From Escherichia coli O127:H6 str. E2348/69 (GTDB taxonomy: Bacteria; Pseudomonadota; Gammaproteobacteria; Enterobacterales; Enterobacteriaceae), in NCBI RefSeq assembly GCF_000026545.1, contig NC_011601.1: a stretch of 64,000 nucleotides of DNA; one strand, written 5' to 3'. Below the pieces are notes generated by a model. The model saw only the letters and a program-made list of their open reading frames with translations, was not told the origin of the DNA and ran no database searches. This document shows, piece after piece, positions 9,346 through 18,767 of this stretch (position 1 is the first letter of the stretch; the number at the start of each line of letters is the position of its first letter). The position numbers and the translations under genes are program-made.

Positions 9346-9566
9346 AAAATTAAATAATTTCATTGGTTTTATTAATGTACTTGAGATGAATATTTTCACC
9401 AGATTAGCATGACGGTGCATTCTTCAAGGCATATATGGTTAATAGTATCTTCAGTAGCATGCATAAGTATTGAGATTTTTTATGCCAGCTACGAATATAT
9501 TGCATATCTCATTCTCTGTAAGATTTCTTATTAGCACTTAGCCATTTCTAGTTAAAAGGATTAATT

Positions 9567-10449
9567 ATGAGTTTTGCAGCTACTGATTATCCATCCGGCG
9601 CACTAGCTGGATCGGGTACACACAATGTGACTTTGAGCGGCAGCGCAGTTCCTGATGGAATGTTACTGTTTGCAAACTTAGGGGGGACAGAAACAGTAGG
9701 GGAACTATTTACTTATTCTATTAAATTAAAAACTCCTGACATCCTGAACCTGGACTATGTTTCCCCCGCAGCCAACCTGCAGCTCAAACCGATGGTGGGC
9801 AAAGATCTGTGCGTCAATATCGAACTGGATGGCGGCGGAAAACGGTATATCAGCGGGCTGGTGACGGCGGCACGCGTGGCCGGTCATCAAGGACGCTCGG
9901 TGGTGTATGAACTGCGACTCGAACCGTGGTTAAAAACACTGACCCACACTAGTGACTACAAAGCGTTTCAGAATAAAAACGTGGTGGACATCCTGGATGA
10001 GGTACTGGATGAGTACCCCTGGCCAGTGGAAAAACGATTGGTAGAAAACTATCCGACTCGCGCCTGGCAGGTGCAGTACGGTGAAACAGATTTCGATTTT
10101 ATTCAGCGCCTGATGCAGGAGTGGGGTATCTACTGGTGGTTTGAGCACAACGAGAACAGTCATACGTTAGTGCTGGCTGATGCCATTAATGTCCACAAGG
10201 CATGCGCAGATTCGCCGCTGGTGTGTTATTACCAGAAAGGGCTGAAACTGGACAAGGAGTTTATCCATACCATCACAGCAAATGAAAGCCTGCGCAGCGG
10301 ACAGTGGGTGCTGAATGATTTCGACTTTATGAAGCCGCGTTCACTGCTGAAGAGCACTGTGGCTAATCCGCGTGAAACCGGCCTTGCTGAATATGAGTAC
10401 TACGAATGGCCGGGAGACTACTTCACAAAGAGTGAAGGTGAAATGCTGA
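9567..10449 (+). pseudogene. vgrG: vgrG (T6SS spike) N-terminal fragment
   Basis: gp27-like N-terminal region incl. ...[28 protein letters not shown]...; homology ends near residue ~300 and the frame then runs into nonsense; the gp5/OB-fold and C-terminal parts are absent. Confidence 0.7.
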
Positions 10450-11606
10450 CACGCATCCGAATGGAAGAACAGCGTAGCCCCGGTAGTCGGGTACAGGGCA
10501 GCGGCCAGGCAGCTTTACGACCCCGGCGGGCGACTGAAGCGCAGGGAGACATACAGCGGGATGCGCGGGGTGGTTCCGGACACGTTCACGGACCGGCAGT
10601 ACAGCTACAGCGGCGAGGATGAACTGCTGAAGACGCGGCACAGCCGGCGGGGGGAAACGGACTACTTCTATGACACCACGGGGCGCATCACGGCGTGTCG
10701 CTCGGAGGATGAGGGGTATCTGGCGAGCTGGGAGTACGACGCGGCGGGCAACCTGCTGGACAGGCGCGCGGGGGGAAGGGCCACGGCAGAAAACAGCGTG
10801 GTGCTGTTCAACCGGCTGATGTCTTACCGTGGTGTGCACTACCGTTATGACGAATTTGGCCGTGCGGTGGAAAAGGAGGGGCGGAGCGGAACACAGAGTT
10901 ACCGTTATGATGCGGAACACCGGATGGTGGAAGTGACGACAGCGCGGGAGACATACCGGTATGTGTACGATGCGCTGGGGAGGCGGACGGAAAACAGCAC
11001 ATCAGCCCTGACGGTAAACCGTACAACCGGACAAAATTTTTATGGGACGGAATGCGGCTGGCGCAGGAGAACAGGCCGGAGGGAATAAGCAGCCTGTATA
11101 TCTACAGCGACCCGGGAAGTTATGAACCGCTGGCGCGGTTGGATAAGGCGGGGAAAGAGGGACCGAACCGGATACTGTATTTTCACACGGATGTGAACGG
11201 TGCTCCGGAAGAGATGACGGACAGCAACGGGAAAATTGTGTGGGAGACGGGGTATCAGGTCTGGGGTAACACGATACAGGAGAAGGACCACGGCGGGGTG
11301 GAGCAGAACCTGCGATACCAGGGGCAGTACCTCGACAGGGAAACGGGGCTGCACTACAATCTGCACAGGTACTATGATCCGGATGTCGGGCGGTTCATGG
11401 TAACGGACCCGATAGGGCTGCGGGGCGGGTTAAACTTATATGCTTATGCGCCGAATCCGTTAACGTATATTGATCCTCTTGGTCTTTGTAAATTAAGGGG
11501 AAGTAATGGGCGCTTTAGAAGTGCACAGAATATTCAGGAAGAAATAGGCGGCCTGCCCAATTTTTCAGGAAAAACCCCCAGGGCAAATACGGCAAACTTT
11601 GCGTAA
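10450..11606 (+). pseudogene. rhs 3' core fragment with frameshift, ending in the DPxGL junction and a short C-terminal tip
   Basis: YD repeats in frame 1 ([10 protein letters not shown]..., YRYDEFGRAVEKEG..., YRYVYDALGRRTE) continue in frame 0 (PYNRTKFLWDGMRLAQE...LHYNLHRYYDPDVGRFMVTDPIGL...PLTYIDPLGL); frame switch at roughly 10980..11000 near an A run. Confidence 0.7.
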
Positions 11607-11916
11607 TCGAGTTTATTCTTCGGTACAAGCGCATAGTGGAGGAGAGGTCTGGACAAAAGCATTACCTGACGGAAATACTGTTGCAGTGAGAATTGACCCA
11701 GCAAATCCTCGCTCACCTTCACATTATGCCGATGCTGTACCTCATGCTCATATTGAAACAGTTCCAACATCCAGTGTTTCTAATGGGAATTATCGTCCGA
11801 GAGACGTGATGGGCAGGCATACTGCCACTGGTGGGGGGTCTGACCGAGGAACGAATCCGAATTATAACGCTGATGTTCACATTCCAATGTCTCCGGGACG
11901 ATCCCCATATAATTAA
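11599..11916 (+). CDS. uncertain ORF; possibly an out-of-frame continuation of the Rhs C-terminal toxin domain
   Basis: 105 aa ORF with TTG start and no clear RBS, beginning just downstream of A/C homopolymer runs at the end of the rhs tip. Confidence 0.25.
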   Translation: MRNRVYSSVQAHSGGEVWTKALPDGNTVAVRIDPANPRSPSHYADAVPHAHIETVPTSSVSNGNYRPRDVMGRHTATGGGSDRGTNPNYNADVHIPMSPGRSPYN

Positions 11917-11927
11917 TGTGAGGTTTT

Positions 11928-12206
11928 ATGAATATCCGAAATCAATATAATGAAGCCTTAAATAAATTAGATGTTGATGTTAATGATGGTTTGAGAGATT
12001 TAATAAACATATATTGTGTGGCTATTGATTCTTTTGAAAATGATATCGTTGACTCGATTGCTTTATACGTGATTGATATGGAAAATAAAGATACTTGTCG
12101 ATATCTACAAGAAATATTATCAGAGAATAAAGATCCTTATTTAGTAAAAGAGTTTAATGTATGGATAAAAGAAATTAAGAAAAATATTAAAATAAAAGCC
12201 GGGTAA
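11928..12206 (+). CDS. small AT-rich ORF in the position of an Rhs immunity gene
   Basis: 92 aa; GTGAGG RBS 6 nt upstream of ATG; very low GC; directly downstream of the rhs C-terminal tip. Confidence 0.45.
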   Translation: MNIRNQYNEALNKLDVDVNDGLRDLINIYCVAIDSFENDIVDSIALYVIDMENKDTCRYLQEILSENKDPYLVKEFNVWIKEIKKNIKIKAG

Positions 12207-12232
12207 GAAATTAAATCTTCCCGGCTTTTTAT
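12196..12232. terminator. rho-independent terminator candidate
   Basis: AAGCCGGG...CCCGGCTT stem followed by TTTTT. Confidence 0.4.
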
Positions 12233-12235
12233 TAT

Positions 12236-12436
12236 TTAACTCTCGTTCAGCACACTAAACATCGCGTCACACATCCCCTTAATCGCCTGTTTAACCTGAT
12301 AAAGTTCCCTGCGCAGTTCCTGTACTTCGTTGTTATCCGCAAGCAGGATCAGACAACCTTTCGAGATCTTCACGGTAACGCCCGTGCCGATCTCAAATCC
12401 CGCTTCTCTCAGCCATTTGGCGCTGATTTTGAGCAC
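12236..12436 (-). pseudogene. 5'-truncated SymE-like (AbrB/SpoVT-fold) toxin homolog
   Basis: ...PVLKISAKWLREAGFEIGTGVTVKISKGCLILLADN... resembles the SymE core [33 protein letters not shown] (recalled); an in-frame stop lies just upstream, so ~45 N-terminal residues are missing. Confidence 0.5.
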
Positions 12437-12450
12437 TGGCGCGTGATGCA

Positions 12451-12657
12451 GTGGGCCAGCTCATGGCAAAGGAGACAGCAGATAGCCGTACGGAATATGT
12501 CTATGATGCGGCAGACCTGCTACTGGAAATCCGCTGCAGATGGTCGTATGCCCGGGAAACGGACGCACCGGAGATTATCTGCTTCAGTTACGACAGACTG
12601 GGACAGTTGCTGACCGAGGAGACGGTGCAAAAATTCAAAATTATCCATTTAACCTAA
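12451..12657 (+). pseudogene. orphan Rhs YD-repeat fragment
   Basis: 68 aa ORF with YD-repeat-like units (TEYVYDAADLLLEI, FSYDRLGQLL); no full gene context. Confidence 0.35.
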
Positions 12658-12959
12658 AAGTTCGTTGAGTTTTTCTGCATTGCCGGTAATTTTGGCATCT
12701 CCTTTGCCCGTGGCTTGTTTCAGCGTCTATAATGGGCGTTAATAAATTGGCAAGTCGGGAACTTGATGTTTTCTTAATGGTATGTTGGCAGAAGAATATG
12801 TTCTGCAATTTGACGATTTGTTGATGCTTTATTTAAAAGGGTGTAGTGCAAATATCTACAATTTCAAGTAGGCATTATTGTCGTAAAAACGCATCACCGG
12901 ACACACGACATTCACAATGTATGTTAATTTTACTGACAACTTTCAAAAGGAGCACAATC

Positions 12960-13187
12960 ATGCCGCACATCGACATTAAATGTTTTCCGCGTGAGCTGGA
13001 CGAACAACAAAAAGCAGCGCTTGCTGCAGATATTACCGACGTTATTATTCGCCATCTGAACAGTAAAGATAGCTCGATAAGCATTTCTCTACAGCAGATT
13101 CAACCAGAATCCTGGCAAGCTATCTGGGATGCCGAAATCGCGCCCCAAATGGAGGCTTTGATAAAGAAACCCGGTTACAGCATGTAA
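12960..13187 (+). CDS. pptA: tautomerase PptA (4-oxalocrotonate tautomerase family)
   Basis: ORF 12846..13187; start placed at [33 protein letters not shown]... (N-terminal Pro after Met). Confidence 0.85.
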   Translation: MPHIDIKCFPRELDEQQKAALAADITDVIIRHLNSKDSSISISLQQIQPESWQAIWDAEIAPQMEALIKKPGYSM

Positions 13188-13192
13188 AATGC

Positions 13193-13762
13193 TTAACCTG
13201 CCGTAACTCGCTTACCACTGGTAACAAACGTGCCAGCACCTAAATGATGCAACGTATTGAGCTTATCATCATCAAACTGCCAGCGGCCTTCGACAAATAC
13301 CCGTGCGTCTGCCGCTGCTGATACCACTTCGCCAAATAGCGTATCGTATTTTTCTTGCGCGGAAGTTGCAGGTAGCAGGCGACACTCCATCCACGCCAGA
13401 CATTTTTCCTCGACTAGCGGCAAACCAAGCACCGGGCCTCTCACTACCGGAATGCCGTAGCAATTAAATTTATCTTCTTCACGACCCGACACACTTCCCA
13501 CCGCCCACGTCCAGTTAGTCGCCGCAACGCCCGGGATAACGATGCCAAACTTACCGTTACGTTCAATCAACTCCCTGGTCCATGTCGATTTATCTACCAC
13601 AATCGCTACGCGTGGCGGTTCAAACTCTACGGGCATAGACCAGGCTGCTGCCATAATGTTACGCCGCTGGGATTGCTCATCGGAACTGGTGATCATGACA
13701 GTTGGGCCATGATTTAACAGACGGCTGGCATGGTGTAATTCGACGGGAATGAATTGGCTCAC
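13193..13762 (-). CDS. yddH: flavin reductase-like protein
   Basis: 189 aa ORF; conserved position between pptA and nhoA. Confidence 0.8.
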   Translation of the reverse strand: MSQFIPVELHHASRLLNHGPTVMITSSDEQSQRRNIMAAAWSMPVEFEPPRVAIVVDKSTWTRELIERNGKFGIVIPGVAATNWTWAVGSVSGREEDKFNCYGIPVVRGPVLGLPLVEEKCLAWMECRLLPATSAQEKYDTLFGEVVSAAADARVFVEGRWQFDDDKLNTLHHLGAGTFVTSGKRVTAG

Positions 13763-13936
13763 GATATCGCCTCGCTATGAAGGGTGTTTTAAAAGCGTAG
13801 CTCGTAACGCAATAAGTAACGAAATTAACGGGATTGGCGATTTGCGAACGTGATGCATGTCCGCGATCGCACAAAATAGCCAGTGCGGCGTCTATTCCAG
13901 GTTATAAGTTGAGAAAACCACTAAGGGAAACGCCTG

Positions 13937-14782
13937 ATGACGCCCATTCTGAATCATTATTTTGCCCGTATTAACTGGTTGGGAGCTGCTGCGGCCAATA
14001 TTGATACGCTGCGTGCATTGCACCTGAAACACAATTGCACCATTCCGTTTGAAAATCTCGACGTTTTGCTGCCGAGGGAAATACAGCTTGATGATCAATC
14101 GCTGGAAGATAAACTGGTGATAGCCCGTCGTGGCGGTTACTGTTTTGAGCAGAATGGCGTGTTTGAGCGGGTGTTACGCGAGCTGGGGTTTAACGTTCGC
14201 AGCTTGTTAGGTCGCGTAGTGTTATCAAATCCGCCAGCATTACCGCCGCGCACCCATCGTTTGCTGTTGGTGGAACTGGAAGGGGAAAAATGGATTGCTG
14301 ATGTCGGTTTCGGTGGGCAGACGCTAACCGCGCCGATTCGTTTAATGCCGGATATCATGCAAACCACGCCACACGGAGAGTATCGGTTGTTGCAAGAGGG
14401 TGATGATTGGGTATTGCAGTTTAATCATCATCAGCACTGGCAGTCGATGTACCGTTTTGATCTCTGCGAGCAGCAACAAAGCGATTATGTGATGGGCAAT
14501 TTCTGGTCGGCGCACTGGCCGCAGTCGCATTTTCGCCATCATTTGCTGATGTGTCGCCATTTGCCGGACGGTGGCAAGCTAACGCTGACCAATTTTCATT
14601 TTACCCATTATGAAAATGGGCACGCAGTTGAGCAGCGAAATCTACCAGATGTGGCGCCGTTATATGCCGTGATGCAGGAACAGTTTGGTCTGGGCGTAGA
14701 TGATGCGAAACATGGCTTTACTGTGGATGAGTTAGCGCTGGTGATGGCGGCGTTTGATACGCACCCGGAGGCGGGAAAATAA
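13937..14782 (+). CDS. nhoA: arylamine N-acetyltransferase
   Basis: 281 aa; MTPILNHYFARINW... with ...RGGYCFEQNG... active-site Cys region. Confidence 0.9.
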   Translation: MTPILNHYFARINWLGAAAANIDTLRALHLKHNCTIPFENLDVLLPREIQLDDQSLEDKLVIARRGGYCFEQNGVFERVLRELGFNVRSLLGRVVLSNPPALPPRTHRLLLVELEGEKWIADVGFGGQTLTAPIRLMPDIMQTTPHGEYRLLQEGDDWVLQFNHHQHWQSMYRFDLCEQQQSDYVMGNFWSAHWPQSHFRHHLLMCRHLPDGGKLTLTNFHFTHYENGHAVEQRNLPDVAPLYAVMQEQFGLGVDDAKHGFTVDELALVMAAFDTHPEAGK

Positions 14783-14789
14783 TTTATGT

Positions 14790-14875
14790 CAGGTTGCCGG
14801 ATGTGGCGTAAATGCCTTATCCGGCATACATTAGCCCGGTTGTAGACCTGATAAGCGAAGCGCATCAGGCAACGG
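14790..14875. repeat. BIME: two REP palindromic units
   Basis: TGCCGGATGTGGCGTAAATGCCTTATCCGGCATAC and GTAGACCTGATAAGCGAAGCGCATCAGGCA match REP consensus families. Confidence 0.55.
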
Positions 14876-14877
14876 TT

Positions 14878-15771
14878 TCAGAGTTCAATTGCCCATTCGG
14901 CATGAAACAAAATCACCGCCGTGCCAGAAATGGTGACTTTCTCCGGTTGGTTATCGCGAATTGTCACCGTCACTTCAATTACGCCGTCACGCCCTAATGC
15001 GCGCCCTTGATGGCCTTTAACACGCAACACGTTGCCATCGTGGGGCAATACGTTGTGATGTACTAACCATGCACCCATCGGGCCATTGGCATTGCCAGTC
15101 ACCGGATCTTCCACAATACCAATCGCAGGCGAGAACATGCGACCATCGGTTTCGTTTTTGCCTGGGCGGATCTGGAACGGGAAGAAACCATTGCAGCCAA
15201 TCTGCTTGCTGATTGCGGTCAGCGCAGCAAGGTCAGGCGAAAGGGCGTCGATATCCACTTCCGGCTTCAGTGGAATCATCACTTTTGAGTGTCCTGTGGT
15301 TGCCACCTGGATCGGCAAATCCAGCAGAATATTGTCTTCGGTAAGATGCAATGCGTTGAGAATTGCCGCACGTGTTTCACCTTCCAGCGGTGGTTCAAAG
15401 CCCGGCGCACCTTGTTCCAGCGAAATACGATAATCATCGTTATGCTTTTCGATAGTCACGCGGTGTTTTCCTGCCAGCGATGTTTGCCAGACCGTGCAAT
15501 TTCCTAAACCTAACACCTTTGCACGTACATAGTGCGCAGCTACTGTCGCGTGACCACAAATCGGAACTTCAACCGTTGGCGTAAAGTAGCGGATGTGCAC
15601 ATCGCTGTCGTCGCTGTGCAGCAGAAAAGCAGTTTCCGAATGACCTAATTCGCGGGCGATAAGCTGCATTTGCGCTTCGCTGAGATTATCGGCGGGGAAA
15701 ACAACACCGGCAGAATTGCCGCGAAATGGTTGAGAGGTAAAAGCATCGACGTGGTAAACCTGCGGTTTCAT
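14878..15771 (-). CDS. yddE: PhzF-family isomerase-like protein
   Basis: 297 aa; MKPQVYHVDAFTSQPFRGNSAGVV... typical PhzF N-terminus. Confidence 0.9.
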   Translation of the reverse strand: MKPQVYHVDAFTSQPFRGNSAGVVFPADNLSEAQMQLIARELGHSETAFLLHSDDSDVHIRYFTPTVEVPICGHATVAAHYVRAKVLGLGNCTVWQTSLAGKHRVTIEKHNDDYRISLEQGAPGFEPPLEGETRAAILNALHLTEDNILLDLPIQVATTGHSKVMIPLKPEVDIDALSPDLAALTAISKQIGCNGFFPFQIRPGKNETDGRMFSPAIGIVEDPVTGNANGPMGAWLVHHNVLPHDGNVLRVKGHQGRALGRDGVIEVTVTIRDNQPEKVTISGTAVILFHAEWAIEL

Positions 15772-15850
15772 TAATGTTCTCCTGTGGCTGGAGAATTATC
15801 ATAGCCTGCAAGTGGCCGGAGAGCGAAGGGCTATCCGGCCCGCGTGAGAA

Positions 15851-16531
15851 TTAACGCCGCGAACGCACAATCTGATACCGACGAGTAAAGTACTCAAACG
15901 GCGCGCTCCAGACATGCACCAGTCGGGTGAACGGGAAGAGCAGGAAGATGGTCATTCCAAGCACCAGATGAACGCGGAATATAAAGGCGACACCATCAAG
16001 ATGCGTAGATGCACCGCCCTGGAAAGTGACAATGCTTTGCGCCCAGCCCACCAGCTTCATCATTTCACTGCCGTCCGGATGTTGTGCTGAAAAAGGAATG
16101 GTGGTTAACCCGAGAATGCACTGAATTAACAAAATGGCGAGGATCAGGATATCCGCACCAGAAGACGTCGCCCTGATACGCGGATTTGTTAAACGACGCA
16201 CCAGTAGCCCCGCACCGCCAATCAGCGTCAATACCCCGCATATTCCGCCGAGGATCATCGCCATCTGCTGTTTTACCGCCACCGGCAGAAACCACGCGTA
16301 CATCCAGTGCGGCGTTAACATGCCGAACAGATGACCGAAGAAGATCCCCAGAATGCCGATATGGAACAAGTTTGACCACAGCACCATCCCGCGTTTATCC
16401 AGCATCTGGCTGGAGGCGGCGCGCCAGGTATACTGCCCGTAGTCGTAGCGCAGCCAGCTTCCAAGGATAAAAACCGTGCCACACAAGTACGGGTAGATAT
16501 CGTAAAAAAAGACGTTCAGATACTGAATCAT
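15851..16531 (-). CDS. narV: respiratory nitrate reductase 2 gamma subunit
   Basis: 226 aa membrane cytochrome b; 4-nt overlap with narW. Confidence 0.9.
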   Translation of the reverse strand: MIQYLNVFFYDIYPYLCGTVFILGSWLRYDYGQYTWRAASSQMLDKRGMVLWSNLFHIGILGIFFGHLFGMLTPHWMYAWFLPVAVKQQMAMILGGICGVLTLIGGAGLLVRRLTNPRIRATSSGADILILAILLIQCILGLTTIPFSAQHPDGSEMMKLVGWAQSIVTFQGGASTHLDGVAFIFRVHLVLGMTIFLLFPFTRLVHVWSAPFEYFTRRYQIVRSRR

Positions 16532-17223
16532 TTCTCACCTCCCGCACTGATGTCGACATACTGCGGCGCGACATCCTGGCTAAAGCGTCGCTGATATTGA
16601 TTAAGCGGCGAGCTGTCACACGCCGTGGCGTTATCTTCAATAAACTTCACCTGTTCTTCTTCCCACACCGCATCCAGCGCCTGGCGGGTGTCGTCACGCT
16701 CTTCACTGCGAATCTGTTTTGTGACACTGTCACTTGACAGAGGGCTTCCTGCCAGTTGCAACAGGGCGTCAAATAACGCGTACCACGGTGCCTCGCGTTG
16801 TTTTAAGCGTCCGCCAAGCAGGGCGAGGATCGGCGCAACGTTGAGCAAGCCTTCTTTCGCCTGATCGTCCGGCAGTACGCTTAAGTACTCCAGATACAGC
16901 GGTAGATAATCGGGCAGTTCTCGACAATCCAACTGCAGGCCGACCTTTTCATACTCCGCCAGCAGGTCCACCATTGCCTGGCCGCGATCGCGGGACTCGG
17001 CATGAACATGTTCGAACAGCAGCAGCGATGTGGTACGTCCACGGTCAAACACTTCGCACCATTCGGCCTGTTTATCCAGCAGCGGCGCATTAAGCAGGTT
17101 GCGGGTAAAATCCGTAAGCATCGGTGCGTCGCGGCGGATCAACGCCAGCGCGTCCTCCTTACATTCCCACAACAGCTCGTCCGGATACTCCATCAACAGG
17201 CCGATCACTTTGAGGATCTGCAT
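16528..17223 (-). CDS. narW: nitrate reductase 2 delta subunit (assembly chaperone)
   Basis: 231 aa; NarJ-like; overlaps narY by 1 nt. Confidence 0.9.
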   Translation of the reverse strand: MQILKVIGLLMEYPDELLWECKEDALALIRRDAPMLTDFTRNLLNAPLLDKQAEWCEVFDRGRTTSLLLFEHVHAESRDRGQAMVDLLAEYEKVGLQLDCRELPDYLPLYLEYLSVLPDDQAKEGLLNVAPILALLGGRLKQREAPWYALFDALLQLAGSPLSSDSVTKQIRSEERDDTRQALDAVWEEEQVKFIEDNATACDSSPLNQYQRRFSQDVAPQYVDISAGGEK

Positions 17224-18767
17224 TATTCACCCTCCGCTTTGTCGCGCACTTCGGTGATGTTGATGGCATCGATACGGCTACTGTTGAACAGGTTGAATTT
17301 GCTGTCCGAACCGTGGCAACCGTCGCCAAAGGTAAAACCGCAGCCGTTGCGTTCTGCGAAGGCATCGCCCGCCATTTCCCGATGGCTTGTCGGGATGACG
17401 AAACGATCTTCATAGTTGGCAATGGCGAGGTAACGATACATCTCTTCGACCTGGGCGACGCTCAGACCTACTTCGTCGATGGCACGAGTATCAGTAACGC
17501 CTTCCACGGTTTGTGAACGCATATAGTGGCGCATCGCCATCATCCGTTTCAGCGCCCGCAGTACCGGACCGGTATCACCGGCACTCAACATATTGGCGAG
17601 ATATTGCACCGGAATACGCAGGCTTTCGATGGCGGGCAGCACGCCTTCGCTTTTCGGCAAACCTCCCGCATCAGCGTAGGACTGAATCGGTGACAGCGGA
17701 GGAACGTACCAGACCATCGGCAGGGTGCGATATTCAGGGTGCAGCGGTAGTGCCAGTTTCCAGTCCATCGCCATTTTGTAGACAGGCGAACGCTGGGCAG
17801 CGTCAATCACGTTTTGTGGAATACCTTGTTTCAGGGCTTCTTCGATCACCGAGGGATCGTGCGGATCGAGGAACACTTCGCACTGGCGTTCATAGAGATC
17901 GACCTCTCGTTCGGTACTCGCTGCTTCTTCGATGCGGTCGGCGTCGTAGAGCAGCACGCCAAGATAACGAATGCGACCCACGCAGGTTTCGGAGCAGACT
18001 GTTGGCTGACCGGACTCAATTCGCGGATAACAGAAAATACATTTTTCTGACTTACCGCTTTTCCAGTTGAAGTAGATTTTTTTGTATGGGCAACCGCTAA
18101 TGCACAAACGCCAGCCACGGCATTTATCCTGATCGATCAGCACAATGCCGTCTTCTTCGCGTTTGTAGATAGCGCCGCTGGGGCAGGTCGCTACACAACT
18201 GGGGTTAAGGCAGTGTTCGCACAGGCGCGGCAGGTACATCATGAAGGTGTTTTCAAACTGCCCGTACATCTCCTTTTGCATGGCCTCGAAGTTGCGGTCG
18301 CGAGCTCGTTTTTCAAATTCGCCGCCCAGCAGTTCTTCCCAGTTTGGGCCCCAGATCACTTTGTCCATCCGTTTGCCGTCAATCAGTGAACGCGGACGGG
18401 CGGTGGGAATATGTTTGCCTTCCGGCGCGCTATGCAAATGTTCGTAGTAGAAGGTGAAAGGTTCGTAGTAATCGTCAATCTGCGGCACTACCGGGTTGGC
18501 GAAAATTTTGGTAATCACGCCCATTTTGCTGCCCAGACGCGGGCGTATCTTGCCATTCACATCACGCACCCAGCCGCCTTGCCACTCATCCTGATCTTCC
18601 CAGTTTTTCGGGTAACCAATGCCCGGTTTGGTTTCGACGTTGTTAAACCATGCGTACTCCATGCCTTCGCGTCCGGTCCAGACGTTTTTACAGGTCACCG
18701 AACAGGTATGGCAGCCGATACATTTATCGAGGTTAAGCACCATGCCGACTTGCGAACGTATTTTCAT
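17223..18767 (-). CDS. narY: nitrate reductase 2 beta subunit (Fe-S)
   Basis: 514 aa with ferredoxin-type cysteine clusters (CIGCHTCSVTC..., CEHCLNPSCVATCP...). Confidence 0.9.
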   Translation of the reverse strand: MKIRSQVGMVLNLDKCIGCHTCSVTCKNVWTGREGMEYAWFNNVETKPGIGYPKNWEDQDEWQGGWVRDVNGKIRPRLGSKMGVITKIFANPVVPQIDDYYEPFTFYYEHLHSAPEGKHIPTARPRSLIDGKRMDKVIWGPNWEELLGGEFEKRARDRNFEAMQKEMYGQFENTFMMYLPRLCEHCLNPSCVATCPSGAIYKREEDGIVLIDQDKCRGWRLCISGCPYKKIYFNWKSGKSEKCIFCYPRIESGQPTVCSETCVGRIRYLGVLLYDADRIEEAASTEREVDLYERQCEVFLDPHDPSVIEEALKQGIPQNVIDAAQRSPVYKMAMDWKLALPLHPEYRTLPMVWYVPPLSPIQSYADAGGLPKSEGVLPAIESLRIPVQYLANMLSAGDTGPVLRALKRMMAMRHYMRSQTVEGVTDTRAIDEVGLSVAQVEEMYRYLAIANYEDRFVIPTSHREMAGDAFAERNGCGFTFGDGCHGSDSKFNLFNSSRIDAINITEVRDKAEGE

